Source: Hemiscyllium ocellatum (Eukaryota). Taken from it: 64,000 nucleotides of DNA. Below are positions 60,701 through 64,000 of the stretch, piece by piece. The notes below the pieces were generated by a model. That model had not been told where the DNA came from and did no database searches. It saw only the letters and a list, made by a program, of their open reading frames with translations. A program made the position numbers and the translations under genes. The stretch is taken from the NCBI RefSeq assembly GCF_020745735.1, contig NC_083401.1, positions 99,321,740-99,385,739 of the forward strand. Direction: 5' to 3'. Numbering within the stretch: position 1 is the stretch's first letter; each line of letters starts with the position of its first letter.

Positions 60701-62042
60701 AAATTATGGCACATCTGGATAGTAGTAACAGGATAGGACAGAGTCAGCATGGATTTATGAAGGGGGAATCATGCTTGACTAATCTTCTTGAATTTTTTGA
60801 GGATGTAACTCTGAAGATGGATGAGGGAGATCCAGTAGATGTCGTGTACCTGGACTTTCAGAAAGCTTTTGATAAAGTCCCACACAGGAGCTTAGTGAGT
60901 AAACTTAAGGTGCATGGTTTTGGGGGCAATAGATTGGATTGAAAATTGGTTGGCTGATAGGAAACAAAGGGTAGTGATAAATGGCTCCATTTCAGAATGG
61001 CAGGCAGTGACCAGTGGGGTACCGCAGGGATCAGTGCTGGGACCGCAGCTTTTTACAATATATGTTAATGATATAGAAGATGGTATTAGTAATAACATGA
61101 GCAAATTTGCTGATGATACAAAGCTGGGTGGCAGGGTGAAATGTGATGAGGATGTTAGGAGATTACAGGGTGATCTGGACAAGTGAGGTGAGTGGGCAGA
61201 TGCATGGCAGATGCAGTTTAATGTGGATAAATGTATGGTTATCCACTTTGGTGGCAAGAACAGGAAGGCAGATTACTACCTAAGTGGAATTAATTTAGGT
61301 AAAGGGGCAGTACAAAGAGATCTGGGTGTTCTTGTGCACCAGTCAATGAAGGTAAGCATGTAGGTACAGCAGGTACTGAAGAAGGCTAATAGCATGCTGG
61401 CCTTCATAACAAGAGGGATTGAGTATAGAAGCAAAGAGGTGCTTCTGCAGCTGTACAGGGCCCTGGTGAGACCACAACTGGAGTATTGTGTGCAGTTTTG
61501 GTCTCCAAATTTGAGGAAAGACATTCTGGCTATTGAGGGAGTGCAACGTAGGTTCACGAGGTCAATTCCTGGAATGGAGTGATTACCTTACGCTGAAAGA
61601 CTGAAGCGACTGGGCTTGTATACCCTTGAGTTTAGAAGACTTAGAGGGGATCTGATTGAGACATATAAGATTATGAAAGGATTGGACACTCTGGCAGCAG
61701 GAAACATGTTTCTGCTGATGGGTGAGTGCCGAACCAGAGGACACAGCTTAAAAATACAGGGTAGACCATTTAGGACAGAGATGAGGAGAAACTTCTTCAC
61801 CCAGAGAGTGGTGGCTGTGTGGAATGCTCTGCCCCAGAGGGCAGTGGAGGCCCAGTCTCTGGATTCATTTAAGAAAGAGTTGGATAGAGCTCTCAAAGAT
61901 AGTGGAATCAAAGGTTATGGAGATAAGGCAGGAACAGGATACTGATTGAGGATGATCTGCCATGATCATATTGAATGGCGGTGCAGGCTCGAAGGGCTGA
62001 ATGGCCTACTCCTGCATCTATTGTCTATTGTCTATTGTCTAT
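57784..62042 (+). mobile_element. Near full-length, relatively young CR1 LINE, intronic and antisense to the GABA-A beta gene
   Basis: ORF1 from 58058 (CATC..CGKC zinc finger; SGNH esterase VIGDSIVR..VHVGTND..DGLHL); ORF2 59007-61945 (YMNARS, MGDFN, SDH, QGSVLGP, FADD) with several frameshifts and stops; (ctattgt)n tail. Confidence 0.95.
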
Positions 62043-62929
62043 ATCATGGAATAGATGAAGGACACACTGATAAGCACCTGACCCCCTCACATTTAAAATC
62101 TGCATCTGGCTCTGAAAGGTAACATCGTCTAATGGTGATGGATTCAGACATGAGTTTAAGTCAAGTACAAGTTTTAAAATGAAGTTTCATGAATCTGCCC
62201 ATGTTTTATTCATTAACAATGCACAATAATTCAGTTATTGAGTTGTAATAGAATTCAGTAATTACAACTAATTCTGAAAAGTGGCCTTCATTAGCATCTG
62301 GGGTCTCATGTGATCAGGTAGGGAGCAACATACTGATAAAGTCACAATTGCTTCAGCAAACCAGTAAGTTAACATTCAGATGCCTCCTGAATATGGCTTA
62401 AACATATCGAAATGTTTTTGCGCTGTGGAGTTTCACAAAAGAGGGGTTAGAATTTTAAGTAGTGGAGTTATATGTCAAGTGTTCATAATTGCTAATCCTT
62501 AACTAGAAGATATTTATTTGTAATAAATAGTAACCCTCATTATGTATAGATCTGCACTTACTCTCAACCTGGGTCGAAAAGACAGGTAAAATGGATTTTC
62601 TGCAAATGGTAGACTTGTTTTAAGGGTACATTTAAAACTCAGACTAATTGACTTGGTGAGTAAACTGGAAGCAGCATTACCTGACACAGCGAAGACAGAG
62701 ATGATTGAGATACAAGCACAACACTTGGGTTTAGAAAAAAACACAAGAGAGACCAGGCACTCTAAATAGTGAAGCATTGAAATCAGGTGATATTCAGTTG
62801 CGGTTAAAGCAATTTAAAGATGAAGAGATTAAAAAAAAAACTGGAGATGGAATTCCACAGCAAAGAGTAAATCAAGGAAAGGGAAATGGAATTGAAAAGA
62901 TTATTATGGAGGATGGGAAAAATTTCTGG

Positions 62930-64000
62930 CTGTAAGAGCCGCTCCTTTTTTTGAGGTATTTTAGGTGTTGGAGGTGATTTCCTCGAAATCCAGCAGCAGC
63001 AGTTACTGTTTTATATGCTGTTGCATTGTTTTGGAACTTTGGGGAAAAAAGTCAAAACAACAGCAGTTTAAAAGGGAGAAGAGCAGACAAAGGAAACACA
63101 TGGCGAGGACAGTGCAGGAGAGAGAGAGAACCCCTGCACAGTTACTGCCTTTGCTGTTTGAATTCGTGTATCGCTGGACATCAGAGTGCATCTGGGAAAA
63201 TTAACAAACAGTGAAATTCACAACTAATCTTGGAGGAACTGTTGGGTGAAGTTCATAGCACAGAATCAGATAAGTTAATTGTTGTTTTAAGTCTGACCAA
63301 GAGAAAGACTGTATTAGTGAGTATAGTGGATTCTTTCTTGATTCTGTGTTTTTGGAGATAAGTCTCTTGATTAAACATAAAATATAAGCCATAGCTATTA
63401 ATTTAACCTGGGGCAGTGTTTGTAGTGGAATAAGACTGTGTTATTTTCTGGGTCTGTAGATTGTGAAGGAGCAAAAATGGTCTTTGCAGTGATATGTACT
63501 TTTTGTCAGATGTGGGAGTTTAAAGAGAGTTTAAGGGTTACTGCAGATTATATCTGCCATAAATGCTGTTGGATACGAACCTTATCAGATCGAGTGGATT
63601 GGTTGGAGAGACAGATAGAAGCGATGAGGAATTTACAACAGCAACAATATGTGATAGATGGCAGTTATAGGAAGGGGAGAAAGTCTCAGATACAGTCACA
63701 TAGATGGGTTAACTCCAGGAAGGGTAAGAGAGGTAGCCAGCTGGTGCAGGAGTCTTTTGTGGATATACCCATTTCAAACAGGTATGCTATTTTGGATTCT
63801 CAGGGGAACGTAGCACAAACAGCCAAGTTTCTGGTGTTGAGACTGGCTCTAATGCAACGAGAGGTATGTCGGCTTCCAAGAGATCAGTTGTGTTAGGGGA
63901 TTCTGTAGTCAGAGGTACAGACAGACGTTTCTGTGGCCAGCAGAGAAAAAGCAGAATGTTGTGTTGTTTCCCTGGTGCCAGGATCAAGGATGTCTCAGAG
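62930..64000 (+). mobile_element. 5' part of another CR1 LINE (5'UTR + ORF1), continuing beyond the window
   Basis: CTFC..CHKC finger, ISNRYAIL, LGDSVVRGTDRRFC..CCFPGARIKDVS. Confidence 0.88.

Overview
Eukaryotic, repeat-rich vertebrate DNA. The repeat landscape (HE1/V-SINE-like and Deu-domain SINEs, CR1 LINEs with esterase ORF1, Neptune-type Penelope-like elements) points to a cartilaginous fish, probably a shark (inference). The only intact host coding sequence I can support is the last coding exon of a GABA-A receptor beta subunit on the minus strand (56816-57163, most like GABRB1). The rest is its last intron, probable 3'UTR, and about 55 kb of downstream DNA filled with nested transposon relics: CR1/L2, L1 inside Gypsy, RTE, hAT, Harbinger, SINEs and a LINE-derived 45-bp minisatellite. 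The most notable signal is a set of about ten minimal hammerhead-ribozyme (HHR) motifs, some degenerate or truncated, from at least two (probably three) Penelope-like families. They occur (i) in tails-out palindromic insertions with target-site duplications (TSDs) and (ii) in 80-150 bp mini-insertions, three with clear TSDs, whose 5' junctions fall in or next to the ribozyme core. There is also a badly decayed LRR-LRRCT-Ig-like coding relic at about 1.84-3.26 kb. All family names come from motif recognition by eye; no searches were run, and TE boundaries are approximate unless a TSD is quoted.
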